This document shows positions 1 to 10,936 of a DNA stretch of 64,000 bases, piece after piece. Numbering within the stretch: the stretch's first letter is position 1; each line of letters opens with the position of its first letter. The stretch comes from an uncultured Ruminococcus sp. GTDB lineage: Bacteria; Bacillota; Clostridia; Oscillospirales; Ruminococcaceae. Below the pieces are notes generated by a model. It was not told the origin of the DNA and ran no database searches. It was given only the letters and a program-made list of their open reading frames with translations. The stretch spans positions 18,338 to 82,337 of the forward strand of contig CALANW010000118.1 in the NCBI GenBank assembly GCA_937926145.1, written 5' to 3'. Both the position numbers and the translations under genes were made by a program.

Positions 1-248
1 TTCTTGGACGGGATTCCGTGGATTACTTCGTTGTTGATCGAAATGCAGGCCGAACCGGGGAAACCGCAGTAACCGAGGCTCGAAGGCTTTGCACCGTTCT
101 TGACGATGTAATCGTGGATAAGCTTGTCAAGCTCATAAGTTGACATACCGACTTTTATTGACTGTCCGCCGTAGTGAAGAGCGTTAGCGGTGATAACACC
201 TGCTTTACGCATCTTCTCCAATTCGGACTTGGATTTAACATTAATCAT
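1..248 (-). CDS. map: methionine aminopeptidase type I (N-terminal part; gene runs off the left window edge)
   Basis: Own translation of the reverse complement from 248: MINVKSKSELEKMRKAGVITANALHYGGQSIKVGMSTYELDKLIHDYIVKNGAKPSSLGYCGFPGSACISINNEVIHGIPSK. It is open to the edge and sits in the canonical position after adk. Confidence 0.8.
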   Translation of the reverse strand, partial: MINVKSKSELEKMRKAGVITANALHYGGQSIKVGMSTYELDKLIHDYIVKNGAKPSSLGYCGFPGSACISINNEVIHGIPSK

Positions 249-260
249 TTTTCTCTGCCT

Positions 261-893
261 TTAAGCATTGAGCGCTTCTAAAACAACCTTTGAAGTTGCT
301 TCAACGCCGTCCAGACCCTTGACTCTTGTGAGCTTGCCCTTTGCTGCATAGAAATCAGCGAGAGGAGCAGTCTGAACATGGTAAGTTTTAAGTCTTTCAA
401 TAACAGTTTCGGGAGCGTCGTCCTTTCTCTGTACAGCGTTGCCGCCGCACTTGTCGCAAACGCCGTCTACCTTAGTCGGCTTGAAGTCAACGTGGTAGGA
501 AGCACCGCACTTTTCGCAAACTCTTCTGCCCGAGATACGAGCCTGAATGTCTGCATCGGGAACGTCGATCGAAAGTACCTTGTCAATGTTTACGCCCATA
601 GCCTCAAGAGCTTCTGCCTGAGGAACAGTTCTGGGGAAACCGTCAAGTATGAAACCGTTCTTGCAATCGTCTTCGGCAATTCTGTCTTTAAGAATACCGA
701 TCACAACCTCGTCAGGAACTAAAGCGCCGCTTTCCATATAGCTTTTAGCCTTAAGTCCGCATTCCGTACCGTTCTTTACTGCTTCACGCAGAATGTTGCC
801 GGTAGAGATCTGAGGGATACCGAGCTTTGCGCTGATAACCTCTGCCTGTGTGCCCTTGCCTGCACCGGGAGCGCCAAGTAAAATCAAATTCAT
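261..893 (-). CDS. adk: adenylate kinase
   Basis: 210 aa with P-loop GAPGAGKGT and a zinc lid (CEKCG...CDKCGG). Located between secY and map. Confidence 0.95.
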   Translation of the reverse strand: MNLILLGAPGAGKGTQAEVISAKLGIPQISTGNILREAVKNGTECGLKAKSYMESGALVPDEVVIGILKDRIAEDDCKNGFILDGFPRTVPQAEALEAMGVNIDKVLSIDVPDADIQARISGRRVCEKCGASYHVDFKPTKVDGVCDKCGGNAVQRKDDAPETVIERLKTYHVQTAPLADFYAAKGKLTRVKGLDGVEATSKVVLEALNA

Positions 894-935
894 AACAAAT
901 CCTCCTGACGATAAGTGTGTAATGGTTTGTGACGA

Positions 936-2240
936 TTATTCGAGGAATCCCTTGTGGTGACGCATCATCATCTGAGATTCGAGTGTTCTGGAAGTTTCAA
1001 GAACAACGCTTACCACGATGAGTATCGAAGTACCGCCCATTGCGATATTCAAGTCAGGCATTGCCATATTTGAAAGTATCGGGAAGATAGCGATAACGCC
1101 GAGGAAAAATGCACCGACCAAAGTGATCTTTGAAAGAACTTTCTGGATATAGTCGCTGGTAGGCTTACCGGGTCTGATACCGGGGATACCGCCGTTGCTC
1201 TGGCGGAGGTTGTTAGCTATTTCAATAGGATTATACTGCATTGCAACATAGAAGTAGTTGAAAGCAATGATAAGAATGAAATAGATGATAGCGTACCAAC
1301 CGCTGCGGTAGCTGAAGAAGTGAACGAAGCCTGCGTAGAACTTCTGCCAGAATGTGACTGGGTCAGCCTTTACAGGAATGAACATTTCAAGCGTAGCAGG
1401 GAGCGACATGATAGCCATCGCGAAGATGATCGGCATAACGCCGCTCATTGCGATCTTTATCGGAATATGAGTGCTCTGACCGCCGTACTGCTTTCTGCCG
1501 ACAACACGCTTAGCGTACTGGATCGGGATTCTTCTTTCGGATTCATTCATAAATACGATGAATGCGATCATAAGAACAAAAACAACGAGAACGATCGGAA
1601 CGATCAGGTAGTATTTCTTGTCGTCCTTCGCAAGTTCAAACATACGGAGAATGCTTGCAGGACCTCTCGAAACAATACCGGCGAAAAGTATCATTGAGAT
1701 ACCGTTGCCAATGCCCTTGTCATTGATGCAGTTGCCGAGCCAAACAACAACGCCTGCGCCTGCGGTGAACGCTGCGACAATAACTATCGCTGCAAATACG
1801 CCCGAAGCACCGTCTGTAAATCTTACAGCACCGTTGTTGCGCTGAGTAATGAAGTAAGCGTACGACATTACCAAAGCAATTGCCAGTGAAACATACATTG
1901 TTATCGTATCGAGTTTCTTTCTTCCCTCTTCGCCTTCCTTCTGAAGATTTTCAAGAGGAGGGAGCGCATACGTCAGAAGCTGAACGATGATCGAAGCATT
2001 GATGTATGGCTGGATCGAAAGAGCGAAGATAGTTCCCTTTGAGAGAGCGCCGCCGGAGAGGATATCCATATAGCTCAGGAAGCTTCCGCTGCCCGAAATA
2101 TCGGATGCCATTACCGAAGCGTCAAGAAAAGGAACAGGGATATGACAGCCTAAACGGAAAATAAAGATGATTAATAATGTGTAAAGGATTTTATTCCTTA
2201 ACTCTGGAACCTTCCAAGCGTTTCTGAAGGTCGTAAACAC
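936..2240 (-). CDS. secY: preprotein translocase subunit SecY
   Basis: 434-aa polytopic membrane protein in the conserved position after rplO. Confidence 0.95.
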   Translation of the reverse strand: MFTTFRNAWKVPELRNKILYTLLIIFIFRLGCHIPVPFLDASVMASDISGSGSFLSYMDILSGGALSKGTIFALSIQPYINASIIVQLLTYALPPLENLQKEGEEGRKKLDTITMYVSLAIALVMSYAYFITQRNNGAVRFTDGASGVFAAIVIVAAFTAGAGVVVWLGNCINDKGIGNGISMILFAGIVSRGPASILRMFELAKDDKKYYLIVPIVLVVFVLMIAFIVFMNESERRIPIQYAKRVVGRKQYGGQSTHIPIKIAMSGVMPIIFAMAIMSLPATLEMFIPVKADPVTFWQKFYAGFVHFFSYRSGWYAIIYFILIIAFNYFYVAMQYNPIEIANNLRQSNGGIPGIRPGKPTSDYIQKVLSKITLVGAFFLGVIAIFPILSNMAMPDLNIAMGGTSILIVVSVVLETSRTLESQMMMRHHKGFLE

Positions 2241-2241
2241 A

Positions 2242-2682
2242 TTACATCACCTCAGCCTTTCCGCCTGCCTTTTCAATTTTTTCTTTTGCTGAAGCGGAGA
2301 ATGCATCAGCCTTAACAGTTAAGTTCTTGGTGATCTCACCATTGCCGAGGATCTTAACGCCGTTGTCGATGTTCTTAACAAGACCTGAAGCGAGAAGAAG
2401 CTCTGCATCAACCTCTGTACCTTCCTTGAAGATTTCGAGTGAGGAAACATTAACAGCAGCCATCTTTGCTGCGAAGATGTTGTTGAAACCTCTCTTAGGG
2501 ATTCTTCTTGCGAGAGGCATCTGACCGCCTTCAAAGCCCGGTCTTACACCGCCGCCGGAACGAGCATTCTGTCCCTTGTGGCCCTTGCCGGAAGTTTTGC
2601 CCCAGCCTGAACCGTGACCTCTGCCGACTCTCTTAACGTCCTTCTTGGAACCTTCAGCAGGTGATAATTCGTGAATATACAT
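2242..2682 (-). CDS. rplO: 50S ribosomal protein L15 (uL15)
   Basis: 146 aa with a Gly/Arg/Lys-rich N-terminus ([19 protein letters not shown]). Operon position fits. Confidence 0.95.
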   Translation of the reverse strand: MYIHELSPAEGSKKDVKRVGRGHGSGWGKTSGKGHKGQNARSGGGVRPGFEGGQMPLARRIPKRGFNNIFAAKMAAVNVSSLEIFKEGTEVDAELLLASGLVKNIDNGVKILGNGEITKNLTVKADAFSASAKEKIEKAGGKAEVM

Positions 2683-2702
2683 TGTATCGCACCTCCCTGC
2701 AA

Positions 2703-2879
2703 TTATGCTTCGGTAACTTCTACAAGGTGATTGATCTTAGCGATCTTTCCCTTTGTAGCATCATTATCGGGCTGAACCTTTTCAGCACCAACCTTATTGA
2801 GGCCGAGAGAATGTGCTACTGCGATCTGCGGCTTTGTGCAGCCGTTAAGGCTTTTAACAAGCTTTACTTTAAGTGCCAT
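2703..2879 (-). CDS. rpmD: 50S ribosomal protein L30 (uL30)
   Basis: Own translation, below the ORF-track cutoff: [58 protein letters not shown] (58 aa). Located between rpsE and rplO. Confidence 0.85.
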   Translation of the reverse strand: MALKVKLVKSLNGCTKPQIAVAHSLGLNKVGAEKVQPDNDATKGKIAKINHLVEVTEA

Positions 2880-2893
2880 TTCAAACGTCCTCC

Positions 2894-3400
2894 TTAACCT
2901 AAGATCTCATTAACGGACTTGCCTCTGATGTCGGCAACGTCCTTAGCGCTGCGGAGAGTTGAAAGGCCCTGGATAGTAGCTCTTACAACATTGCAAGCGT
3001 TGTTGGAACGCAGGGACTTAGTTCTGATATCCTTGATACCTGCAATTTCAATAACTGCACGAACAGGACCGCCTGCGATGACACCGGTACCGGGAGCAGC
3101 GGGCTTCATAAGAACTCTGCCTGCGCCGTATTCACCGATAACCTCGTGAGGGATTGTTGTTCCTCTGAGGGAAACTTTAATCAAATTCTTCTTTGCATCC
3201 TCGATACCCTTACGGATAGCATCAGGAACTTCTCCTGATTTACCGATACCGAAACCAACTGTGCCGTTGCCGTCGCCTACTACAACGAGTGCAGCAAACT
3301 TGTAAATACGACCACCCTTAACAGTCTTGGAAACTCTGTTAATAGCAACAACCTTTTCGGAAAGTTCGAGTGCAGAAGCGTCTATCTTAGCATTAGCCAA
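2894..3400 (-). CDS. rpsE: 30S ribosomal protein S5 (uS5)
   Basis: 168 aa with the motif [27 protein letters not shown]. Operon order fits. Confidence 0.95.
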   Translation of the reverse strand: MANAKIDASALELSEKVVAINRVSKTVKGGRIYKFAALVVVGDGNGTVGFGIGKSGEVPDAIRKGIEDAKKNLIKVSLRGTTIPHEVIGEYGAGRVLMKPAAPGTGVIAGGPVRAVIEIAGIKDIRTKSLRSNNACNVVRATIQGLSTLRSAKDVADIRGKSVNEILG

Positions 3401-3437
3401 AAGAATAACCTCCTTATAAGTTACTTGGAAGCCGAAC

Positions 3438-3797
3438 TTAGAAGTTCAGACCGCCCTTTCTTGCGCCCTCGGCAAGTTCTGCAACTCTACCGTGGTAGAG
3501 ATAACCTGCACGATCGAATACAACGTCCTTGATGCCCTTTTCGGCAGCTCTTGCAGCGATCATCTCGCCAACCTTCATAGCGCCTTCCTTGTTTCCGCCG
3601 TTTGCACCGAAGTCCTTCTCTACGGAAGATGCAGCGCAAAGTGTTACGCCTGCAACATCATCGATGAGCTGTGCGTAAATGTGATTTGCAGAACGGAAAA
3701 CATTGAGTCTTGGGCACTGTGCTGTTCCGCTGATCTTGGAACGTACACGAACCTGTCTCTTAGCTCTTGCAGCCTTTCTGTTGAACTGCTTTACCAT
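3438..3797 (-). CDS. rplR: 50S ribosomal protein L18 (uL18)
   Basis: 119 aa with [19 protein letters not shown] and a C-terminal YHGRV motif. Confidence 0.95.
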   Translation of the reverse strand: MVKQFNRKAARAKRQVRVRSKISGTAQCPRLNVFRSANHIYAQLIDDVAGVTLCAASSVEKDFGANGGNKEGAMKVGEMIAARAAEKGIKDVVFDRAGYLYHGRVAELAEGARKGGLNF

Positions 3798-3883
3798 TTA
3801 AATTCACTCCTTTTCAACAAGGAATAGTAGCCGATCTTTCAGGCTGTCCCATTCCTCCACATAACAGGATAAATATTATCGGA

Positions 3884-4429
3884 TTACTTCTTACCCTTAG
3901 CAGCTTTACCTTCCTTGCGGATGATATGCTCGCCCTGGTAACGGATACCCTTGCCCTTATATGGCTCAGGCGGTCTCTTCTCGCGGATCTCAGCAGCGTA
4001 CTGACCAACCTTCTGCTTGTCGATACCGTTAACAACGATCGTGTTAGGGTTAGGAACATCGAGCTTGATGTCAGCTGTTTCAGGAACAGTGACCTGGTGA
4101 GAGAAGCCGAGGTTCATAACAACGTTTGTACCCTGCTTAGCAGCACGGTAACCGATACCCTCGATCTCGAGAGTCTTGGAATAGCCGTTTGTAACGCCTT
4201 CGATCATGTTGTGGATAAGTGTTCTTGTAAGGCCGTGGAGGGACTTGTGGAGCTTATCCTCTGTAGGACGCTCAACAATAACTTCATTGCCTTCAAGCTT
4301 AATGATCATATCCTTGTTGAATGTTTCAACAAGAGTACCCTTAGGTCCCTTTACAGTAACGGTAGTGCCGTCGATCTTAACATCAACGCCTGCAGGAACA
4401 CTGATAGGCTTTTTACCAATTCTTGACAT
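3884..4429 (-). CDS. rplF: 50S ribosomal protein L6 (uL6)
   Basis: 181 aa starting MSRIGKKPISVPAGVDV. Confidence 0.95.
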   Translation of the reverse strand: MSRIGKKPISVPAGVDVKIDGTTVTVKGPKGTLVETFNKDMIIKLEGNEVIVERPTEDKLHKSLHGLTRTLIHNMIEGVTNGYSKTLEIEGIGYRAAKQGTNVVMNLGFSHQVTVPETADIKLDVPNPNTIVVNGIDKQKVGQYAAEIREKRPPEPYKGKGIRYQGEHIIRKEGKAAKGKK

Positions 4430-4443
4430 TTATGTGTTCCTCC

Positions 4444-4842
4444 TTACCATACGAATGCAAGAACTTCGCCGCCAACGTTGAGCTCTCTTGCCTTCTTATC
4501 TGTAACGATACCCTTAGATGTAGAGATAATAGCAATTCCGAGGCCGTTCATAACCTTTGGCATATCCTCGCAGCTGGAATAGATACGAAGACCGGGCTTT
4601 GAAACTCTGCGGAGTCCTGTGATAACCTGTGATTTATTTTCACCGTACTTAAGTGTGATTCTGATGATACCCTGTTTGCCGTCATCAATGATCTGGAAGC
4701 TCTTGATATATCCTTCGTCAACGAGGATCTGAGCGATAGACTTCTTCATGTTGGAAGCAGGCACATCAACTGTTGCGTGCTTAGCAGAATTCGCATTACG
4801 GATTCTGGTGAGCAAGTCTGCAATTGTATCAGTAATTTGCAT
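4444..4842 (-). CDS. rpsH: 30S ribosomal protein S8 (uS8)
   Basis: 132 aa starting [13 protein letters not shown]. Confidence 0.95.
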   Translation of the reverse strand: MQITDTIADLLTRIRNANSAKHATVDVPASNMKKSIAQILVDEGYIKSFQIIDDGKQGIIRITLKYGENKSQVITGLRRVSKPGLRIYSSCEDMPKVMNGLGIAIISTSKGIVTDKKARELNVGGEVLAFVW

Positions 4843-4895
4843 ACCTTGGTAACCTCCTTATTTTAGTGGGGAAAAGATCCCATTGCCGATTGTTT

Positions 4896-5081
4896 TTACC
4901 AGCTTGCCTTCTTAACGCCGGGGATCTGACCCTTGTGAGCCAGTTCTCTGAAGCAGATACGGCAAATACCGTATTTTCTCATATATGCGTGAGGTCTGCC
5001 GCAGATCTTGCATCTGTTGTAAGCTCTTGTGGAAAACTTAGGAGTCTTCTGCTGTTTCAGCTTCATTGCTTTTTTAGCCAT
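4896..5081 (-). CDS. rpsZ: 30S ribosomal protein S14 type Z (zinc-binding short form)
   Basis: 61 aa with a CxxC...CxxC pattern ([20 protein letters not shown]). Confidence 0.93.
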   Translation of the reverse strand: MAKKAMKLKQQKTPKFSTRAYNRCKICGRPHAYMRKYGICRICFRELAHKGQIPGVKKASW

Positions 5082-5104
5082 TATTAATTAACCCTCCTAA
5101 ATGA

Positions 5105-5647
5105 TTACTTGATGAATGGAGCGCCCATAAGCTCAAGAAGAGCCTTAGCTTCTTCATCTGTGTTTGCAGTAGTGATGATGTTGATATCCATACCGCGAAC
5201 CTTGTCGATCTTATCGTATTCGATTTCAGGGAAAATGAGCTGTTCCTTGATACCGGTAGAGTAGTTGCCTCTGCCGTCGAAGGAGTTAGCGCTGATGCCT
5301 CTGAAGTCACGAACACGTGGGAATGCTACATTGAAAAGTCTGTCGAGGAATTCGTACATCTTTTCGCTTCTGAGAGTAACCTTAACACCGATAGGCATGC
5401 CTTCACGGATCTTAAAGTTAGCTACCGACTTCTTAGCGCGGCATACAACAGGCTTCTGACCTGTGATAGCAGCGAGATCAGTCATGATAGCATCGATAAC
5501 CTTAGCGTTATCCTTTGCTTCACCTGCACCGACGTTGATAACAACCTTGTCGATCTTAGGGATCTGCATAACACTCTTGTACTCGAACTTTTTCATTAAA
5601 GCAGGAGCAACTGTGCTGACATAAAGTTCTTTTAAATTAGATGCCAT
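5105..5647 (-). CDS. rplE: 50S ribosomal protein L5 (uL5)
   Basis: I place the start at the internal ATG (MASNLKELY...), which is preceded by GGAAAGGAG. The longer track ORF would overlap rplX. Confidence 0.92.
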   Translation of the reverse strand: MASNLKELYVSTVAPALMKKFEYKSVMQIPKIDKVVINVGAGEAKDNAKVIDAIMTDLAAITGQKPVVCRAKKSVANFKIREGMPIGVKVTLRSEKMYEFLDRLFNVAFPRVRDFRGISANSFDGRGNYSTGIKEQLIFPEIEYDKIDKVRGMDINIITTANTDEEAKALLELMGAPFIK

Positions 5648-5664
5648 ATCAATTTCTCCTTTCC

Positions 5665-5988
5665 TTAATATGTCTTGCCGCAGTCTGCATTCTTGCAAAC
5701 TCTTGACTTAGTACCGTCAGCCTCGATCTTGTGGCCGATTCTTGTTGGCTTGCCGCAGTGTGGGCAAACAACCATTACCTTTGAAGCGTACATAGGAGCT
5801 TCGCACTTTACGATGCCGCCCTGCTGTCCCATCTGTCTGGGCTTAACGTGCTTTGTAGCGATGTTAAGACCTTCAACGATAACCTTTTTCTCCTTGGGGG
5901 ATACTTCCAAAACCTTGCCGCGCTCGCCCTTGTCGTTACCTGAGATAATAACAACGGTGTCGCCGGTTTTAACGTGAAGTTTATTCAT
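5665..5988 (-). CDS. rplX: 50S ribosomal protein L24 (uL24)
   Basis: 107 aa with a KOW motif ([21 protein letters not shown]) and a C-terminal Cys-containing extension. Confidence 0.93.
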   Translation of the reverse strand: MNKLHVKTGDTVVIISGNDKGERGKVLEVSPKEKKVIVEGLNIATKHVKPRQMGQQGGIVKCEAPMYASKVMVVCPHCGKPTRIGHKIEADGTKSRVCKNADCGKTY

Positions 5989-6002
5989 TTCAGGACACCT
6001 CC

Positions 6003-6371
6003 TTAAAGTACTTCAGGAGCAAGTGAAAGGATCTTAGTATAGTCCTTGTCTCTGAGCTCACGAGCAACAGGTCCAAAGATACGAGTACCCTTCGGGTTCT
6101 TGTCTTCCTTGATAATAACAGCAGCATTCTCATCGAATCTGATGTAGGTTCCGTCTTCACGGCGAACACCCTTAGCAGAACGAACGATTACTGCCTTAAC
6201 AACGTCGCCTTTTTTAACAACGCCGCCTGGTGTTGCTTTCTTAACCGAAGCAACAACAACGTCACCGATATTAGCATATCTTCTGCGTGTGCCGCCGAGA
6301 ACTCTGATACACATAAGTTCCTTAGCACCCGTATTATCAGCGACTTTTAAATAAGTCTGCATCTGTACCAC
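6003..6371 (-). CDS. rplN: 50S ribosomal protein L14 (uL14)
   Basis: 122 aa. GTG start gives [18 protein letters not shown], which aligns with the canonical MIQ.ET.L.VADNSGA N-terminus. Confidence 0.95.
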   Translation of the reverse strand: MVQMQTYLKVADNTGAKELMCIRVLGGTRRRYANIGDVVVASVKKATPGGVVKKGDVVKAVIVRSAKGVRREDGTYIRFDENAAVIIKEDKNPKGTRIFGPVARELRDKDYTKILSLAPEVL

Positions 6372-6561
6372 AGTGCACTACTCCTTCCCGTTTTTACAGA
6401 GCATCGCGGCAGAAAGACCCGATTTTCGCTCCGATCTCGCCACCGTTCACTCATATAAATTGATTTTAATATTCAAACAAGCTAAAATGACTCAACGCTC
6501 CCGGGTGTTTCGCGCTTTAGGACGCTTTTCACACGTTCGGTACAGCCATCACCAAGAAAAC

Positions 6562-6590
6562 ATTATAGCATAGTTGCCCCTTGTTGTCAA
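6562..6590 (-). promoter_or_regulatory. perfect consensus sigma-A promoter (spc-operon promoter) in the rpsQ-rplN gap
   Basis: Minus strand reads TTGACA (6590-6585), a 17-nt spacer, then TATAAT (6567-6562). It lies about 190 nt upstream of the rplN GTG. Confidence 0.7.
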
Positions 6591-6632
6591 CTGGCGTTTT
6601 CACCAAAAACAAGGGACAATATGATATTTATT

Positions 6633-6899
6633 TTACTTAGCCTGCTCAATAACCTTTACTAAACGCCATCTCTTATCCTTGGAGATAGGACGGGTTTCCA
6701 TAATTTCAACGCGGTCGCCAATGTTGCAGATATTGTTCTCATCGTGAGCCTTAAGCTTAACAGTTCTCTTGATAGTCTTCTTATAAAGAGGATGCTTAAC
6801 GCTGTCTATGATAGCAACAACGATCGTCTTATCCATTTTGTTGGAAACGACCTTGCCGACTCTTGTTTTTCTAAGATTTCTCTCATCAGCCATCTTCAA
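6633..6899 (-). CDS. rpsQ: 30S ribosomal protein S17 (uS17)
   Basis: 88 aa with [14 protein letters not shown] and HDENN motifs. Confidence 0.95.
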   Translation of the reverse strand: MKMADERNLRKTRVGKVVSNKMDKTIVVAIIDSVKHPLYKKTIKRTVKLKAHDENNICNIGDRVEIMETRPISKDKRWRLVKVIEQAK

Positions 6900-6912
6900 A
6901 ACCCTCCTTCAC

Positions 6913-7110
6913 TTACTGCTGTACTTTGGAACGCTCAACAAGAATAGTCTTGATACGAGCGATGTCCTTCTTAACAGCCTTAAGACGTGTTGGATTGTCA
7001 AGCTGATTTACAGCGAGCTGAAAACGGAGAGCAAAAAGCTCTTTCTTGAGGTCAACAAGCTTGTTTTCAAGCTCGAGATCAGTCATTTCTCTAACTTCTG
7101 ATGCCTTCAT
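6913..7110 (-). CDS. rpmC: 50S ribosomal protein L29 (uL29)
   Basis: 65 aa with [19 protein letters not shown]. Confidence 0.93.
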   Translation of the reverse strand: MKASEVREMTDLELENKLVDLKKELFALRFQLAVNQLDNPTRLKAVKKDIARIKTILVERSKVQQ

Positions 7111-7538
7111 TATACGCTCGCCTCCTCTTCTGCCTGACGCTTAACGAATTTGCACTTGATAGGGAGCTTGTGAGCTGCAAGACGCATAGCTTCACGAGCC
7201 TGCTCCTCAGTAACGCCATTGATCTCGAAAAGAACTCTGCCCGGCTTAACTACTGCAACCCAGTATTCAGGTGAACCCTTACCGGAACCCATTCGGGTTT
7301 CAGCAGGCTTTTCTGTGATCGGCTTGTCTGGGAAAATCTTGATCCAAACCTGACCGCCACGCTTGATGTAACGTGTCATAGCGATACGGGCAGCTTCGAT
7401 CTGGTTAGAGGTAATCCATGCAGGTTCAAGAGCCTGAAGACCGAAATCGCCGTATGAAACAACGTTACCTCTTGTAGCCTTACCTGTAAGTCTGCCTCTC
7501 TGTACTCTTCTGTACTTAACTCTCTTTGGAAGAAGCAT
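7110..7538 (-). CDS. rplP: 50S ribosomal protein L16 (uL16)
   Basis: 142 aa starting [16 protein letters not shown]. Confidence 0.95.
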   Translation of the reverse strand: MLLPKRVKYRRVQRGRLTGKATRGNVVSYGDFGLQALEPAWITSNQIEAARIAMTRYIKRGGQVWIKIFPDKPITEKPAETRMGSGKGSPEYWVAVVKPGRVLFEINGVTEEQAREAMRLAAHKLPIKCKFVKRQAEEEASV

Positions 7539-8293
7539 TACTGGTTACCTCCTTCTCTTCTTTCTGTACGGTTTCTGCCGCCGTTTGTGCGGGGCTTGTC
7601 ACCGTTAGCTCTTCTGGGCTTTCTTTCTGGCTTCTCGGGAGCTGTCTTAGCAGCATTGAGGTCGCCCTTGAGAACTTCGCCCTTGTAGATCCAAACCTTA
7701 ACACCGATCTTGCCGTAGGTTGTGTTAGCCTCTGCAAAACCATAGTCGATGTCAGCACGGATCGTCTGAAGAGGAATTGTACCTTCATGGTAGCTTTCGG
7801 AACGTGCGATTTCAGCACCGCCAAGACGGCCGCCACACTTAACCTTGATGCCCTTAGCGCCGAGCTTCATAGCTCTGCCGATGGACTGCTTCATAGCTCT
7901 TCTGAAAGATACACGGTTTTCAAGCTGTGCAGCAATGTTTTCTGCAACGAGCTGTGCATTCATATCAGGTGTCTTAACTTCAACGATGTTGATAGCTACA
8001 GACTTACCGATCATCTTTTCAACTTTAGCGCGGATCTTTTCGATGTTCTCGCCGCCTCTTCCGATAACGATACCGGGCTTAGCGCAGTGAACATGGATTC
8101 TTACCTTATCAGCAAATCTTTCGATCTCGATCTTGGCAACGCCTGCTGCATAAAGTTCCTTCTTGATATAATTACGAACGTTGTAATCTTCTACGAGGGT
8201 ATCGCCGAAAGTTGCTTTGTTAGCAAACCAGCGGGAGTCCCAATCTTTGATTACGCCTACACGAAGGCCGTGGGGATTAACTTTCTGTCCCAT
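7538..8293 (-). CDS. rpsC: 30S ribosomal protein S3 (uS3)
   Basis: 251 aa starting [13 protein letters not shown], with a basic C-terminal extension. Confidence 0.95.
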   Translation of the reverse strand: MGQKVNPHGLRVGVIKDWDSRWFANKATFGDTLVEDYNVRNYIKKELYAAGVAKIEIERFADKVRIHVHCAKPGIVIGRGGENIEKIRAKVEKMIGKSVAINIVEVKTPDMNAQLVAENIAAQLENRVSFRRAMKQSIGRAMKLGAKGIKVKCGGRLGGAEIARSESYHEGTIPLQTIRADIDYGFAEANTTYGKIGVKVWIYKGEVLKGDLNAAKTAPEKPERKPRRANGDKPRTNGGRNRTERREGGNQ

Positions 8294-8312
8294 TTAGTTT
8301 ACTCCTTTCGAC

Positions 8313-8648
8313 TTATTCTTTTTCCTTTACCACAAGAGTTACATGAGATGTTCTCTTGAGGATGCGGAATGCTCTGCCCTGTGCTCTCGGCATGATTCTC
8401 TTCATTGTAGGTCCGGGGCAAACGAAGCACTCGGATACATAAAGGTTGTTCTTATCCATACCGAAATTGTTTTCTGCATTTGCGATTGCGGACTTCAGAA
8501 GCTTCTCCAGATATTCACAAGCAGATTTAGGTGTGTTCTTTAAAATCGCCATAGCTGTTTCAACGTCTTTGCCTCTGATAAGGTCAAGAACGATCTGAAC
8601 CTTTCGAGGTGCTATGCGAGCATTTTTGAGGTATGCTCTTGCTTCCAT
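8313..8648 (-). CDS. rplV: 50S ribosomal protein L22 (uL22)
   Basis: 111 aa with [18 protein letters not shown]. Confidence 0.95.
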   Translation of the reverse strand: MEARAYLKNARIAPRKVQIVLDLIRGKDVETAMAILKNTPKSACEYLEKLLKSAIANAENNFGMDKNNLYVSECFVCPGPTMKRIMPRAQGRAFRILKRTSHVTLVVKEKE

Positions 8649-8671
8649 TCTAAATTCTCCTCTCTGCCTTA

Positions 8672-8953
8672 TTACTTACCGTTGTTGGATGTCTTTGAAC
8701 CCGCATGACCCTTATAGGTTCTTGTTGGTGCGAATTCACCGAGTCTGTGACCTACCATATCTTCAGTCACATATACGGGAACGTGCTTTCTGCCGTCATG
8801 AACGGCAAATGTATGACCTACGAAATCAGGGAAAATCGTTGAAGCTCTGCTCCAAGTCTTGAGGACTTTCTTTTCACCTGCTTCGTTCATAGCAATAACT
8901 CTCTTAAGAAGAGCTTCCTGGACGTATGGTCCTTTTTTAATGCTTCTGCTCAT
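8672..8953 (-). CDS. rpsS: 30S ribosomal protein S19 (uS19)
   Basis: I place the start at the internal ATG ([11 protein letters not shown]), which is preceded by GAGGGGAGGA. The upstream extension in the track ORF is non-canonical. Confidence 0.93.
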   Translation of the reverse strand: MSRSIKKGPYVQEALLKRVIAMNEAGEKKVLKTWSRASTIFPDFVGHTFAVHDGRKHVPVYVTEDMVGHRLGEFAPTRTYKGHAGSKTSNNGK

Positions 8954-9063
8954 TGGTTTTCCTCCCCTCTCAAAATCAGAGGCAAGATGTCGGGAGCATG
9001 ATTGCTCCGACATTCCTCTTTACGATTCCTATGAGTAAACTTTCAATAAAATTTCTTATAAGA

Positions 9064-9897
9064 TTACTTGCCGTTTCTTCTCTTAACGATGAACTTGTCA
9101 GTTCTGTTATGAGTAGCTCTGGTCTTGTAACCGAGTGCCGGCTTGCCCCAAGGAGTAACAGGTCCCGGACGGCCGACAGGTGACTTACCTTCACCACCAC
9201 CGTGTGGGTGGTCGCATGGGTTCATGACAGAACCACGAACGGTAGGTCTGATACCTCTGTGGCGGGTCTTACCTGCCTTACCGAGGTTTACGTTTTCATG
9301 GTCAATGTTGGAAACCTGACCGATGGAAGCCATGCATCCTGCAGGGATCTTTCTCATTTCGCCGGAAGGAAGTCTTACGAGAACGTAGTCGTCTTCCTTA
9401 CCCATGAGCTGAGCCATGTTGCCTGCTGCACGAACGAGCTGTGCGCCCTTGCCGGGGTAAAGCTCAATGTTGTGGATGAATGTACCAACAGGGATATTAG
9501 CAAGAGCAAGAGCGTTGCCCGGCTTGATATCGGAGTCAGCACCTGCGCGGATAACGTCGCCAACAGCAAGGCCGTTAGGAGCGATGATGTATCTCTTTTC
9601 GCCGTCCTCGTACTGAACGAGAGCGATGAATGCGCTTCTGTTAGGATCGTACTCAAGTGTGAGAACAGTAGCGTTCATGCCCTGCTTATCTCTCTTGAAG
9701 TCGATGATTCTGTATTTTCTTCTGTTTCCGCCGCCTCTGTGACGAACAGTGATCCTACCGTAGCTGTTTCTGCCGGCATTCTTCTTGACAGGTGCAAGAA
9801 GGCTCTTTTCAGGAGCTACCTTGGAAAGACCGCTGTAGTCAGTTACAGTCATCTGACGTCTTGAAGCGGTGGTAGGCTGGTAAACTTTAATAGCCAT
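9064..9897 (-). CDS. rplB: 50S ribosomal protein L2 (uL2)
   Basis: 277 aa with [12 protein letters not shown] and [13 protein letters not shown] motifs. Confidence 0.96.
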   Translation of the reverse strand: MAIKVYQPTTASRRQMTVTDYSGLSKVAPEKSLLAPVKKNAGRNSYGRITVRHRGGGNRRKYRIIDFKRDKQGMNATVLTLEYDPNRSAFIALVQYEDGEKRYIIAPNGLAVGDVIRAGADSDIKPGNALALANIPVGTFIHNIELYPGKGAQLVRAAGNMAQLMGKEDDYVLVRLPSGEMRKIPAGCMASIGQVSNIDHENVNLGKAGKTRHRGIRPTVRGSVMNPCDHPHGGGEGKSPVGRPGPVTPWGKPALGYKTRATHNRTDKFIVKRRNGK

Positions 9898-10001
9898 TGT
9901 AGTTCAAATCTCCTTTATAAATTTGCGATGTTTTGCGGAAGCTGTTTCCTTCCATACTTACTCAATGCCCGTGGGCTAAGGAGTAAAAGCCTTATTGGGC
10001 C

Positions 10002-10292
10002 TTACATCATACCGTCGAAGAATTCGATGGTCTTAGAATCTGCTGTAAGAGTAACGATAGCCTTCTTCCAAGCTGCTGTGTAGCCTGCGTTCATGCCCAT
10101 TCTCTTATAACGTCCTCTTACGTTGAGAGTATTAACCTTTGCAACCTTAACGCCGAAGAGCTCTTCAACTGCCTTAGCAATTTCAACCTTGTTAGCGTTC
10201 TTGGCTACTTTAAAGGTGTACTTTCCATTCTGAAGACCGGACATGCTCTTTTCAGTGATGATAGGCTTGATTACGATATCCTGTGCTAACAT
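10002..10292 (-). CDS. rplW: 50S ribosomal protein L23 (uL23)
   Basis: 96 aa with IKPIITEKS. Confidence 0.93.
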   Translation of the reverse strand: MLAQDIVIKPIITEKSMSGLQNGKYTFKVAKNANKVEIAKAVEELFGVKVAKVNTLNVRGRYKRMGMNAGYTAAWKKAIVTLTADSKTIEFFDGMM

Positions 10293-10918
10293 TATGCGTA
10301 CACCTCCTCAATTTTAGCTACGGCATCCTTAACAACGATGAACTTATCAGCGTTGAGAATGTCATAAACATTGATCGTGTTAACGAGAGCTGTCTTAACA
10401 CCTGGGATGTTAGCAGCGCTCTTGATTACGAAGCTGTCATTTTCGGAAAGAACGATGAGAGCCTTCTTGCCCTCTGCTTCGATCGACTTGAGCATATTAA
10501 CAACAGTCTTTGTCTTGAATTCCTCCATCTTGATGGCATCAAGAACGATCATGTTGTTGTCTGCTACCTTAACGGACATTGCAGACTTCATAGCAAGTCT
10601 TCTTAACTTCTTGTTTACTGTGAAACGGTAGCTTCTTGGCTTAGGGCCGAGTGCGATACCGCCGTGTGTCCACTGAGGAGCTCTTGTAGAACCCTGTCTT
10701 GCGTGGCCTGTACCCTTCTGTCTCCAAGGCTTTCTACCGCCGCCTCTTACCTCTGTACGGGTGAGAGTGGACTGTGTGCCCTGACGCTGATTAGCAAGGT
10801 AGTTAACTACCATTGTGTGCATAGCGGACTCGTTGGGTGTGATACCGAAAATTGCATCTGACAGCTCAATGTTGGAAACCTCTTTACCTGTCATATCGAG
10901 AACTTTCATATTAGGCAT
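10292..10918 (-). CDS. rplD: 50S ribosomal protein L4 (uL4)
   Basis: 208 aa with GGGRKPWRQKGTGHARQGS. Confidence 0.95.
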   Translation of the reverse strand: MPNMKVLDMTGKEVSNIELSDAIFGITPNESAMHTMVVNYLANQRQGTQSTLTRTEVRGGGRKPWRQKGTGHARQGSTRAPQWTHGGIALGPKPRSYRFTVNKKLRRLAMKSAMSVKVADNNMIVLDAIKMEEFKTKTVVNMLKSIEAEGKKALIVLSENDSFVIKSAANIPGVKTALVNTINVYDILNADKFIVVKDAVAKIEEVYA

Positions 10919-10936
10919 TGTTGCTTCCTCCTTCCA

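Noticed and set aside
6373-6573. 66-aa plus-strand ORF in the rpsQ-rplN gap.
   Set aside because: It lies on the strand opposite the operon, has no RBS, and overlaps the predicted spc promoter and leader.
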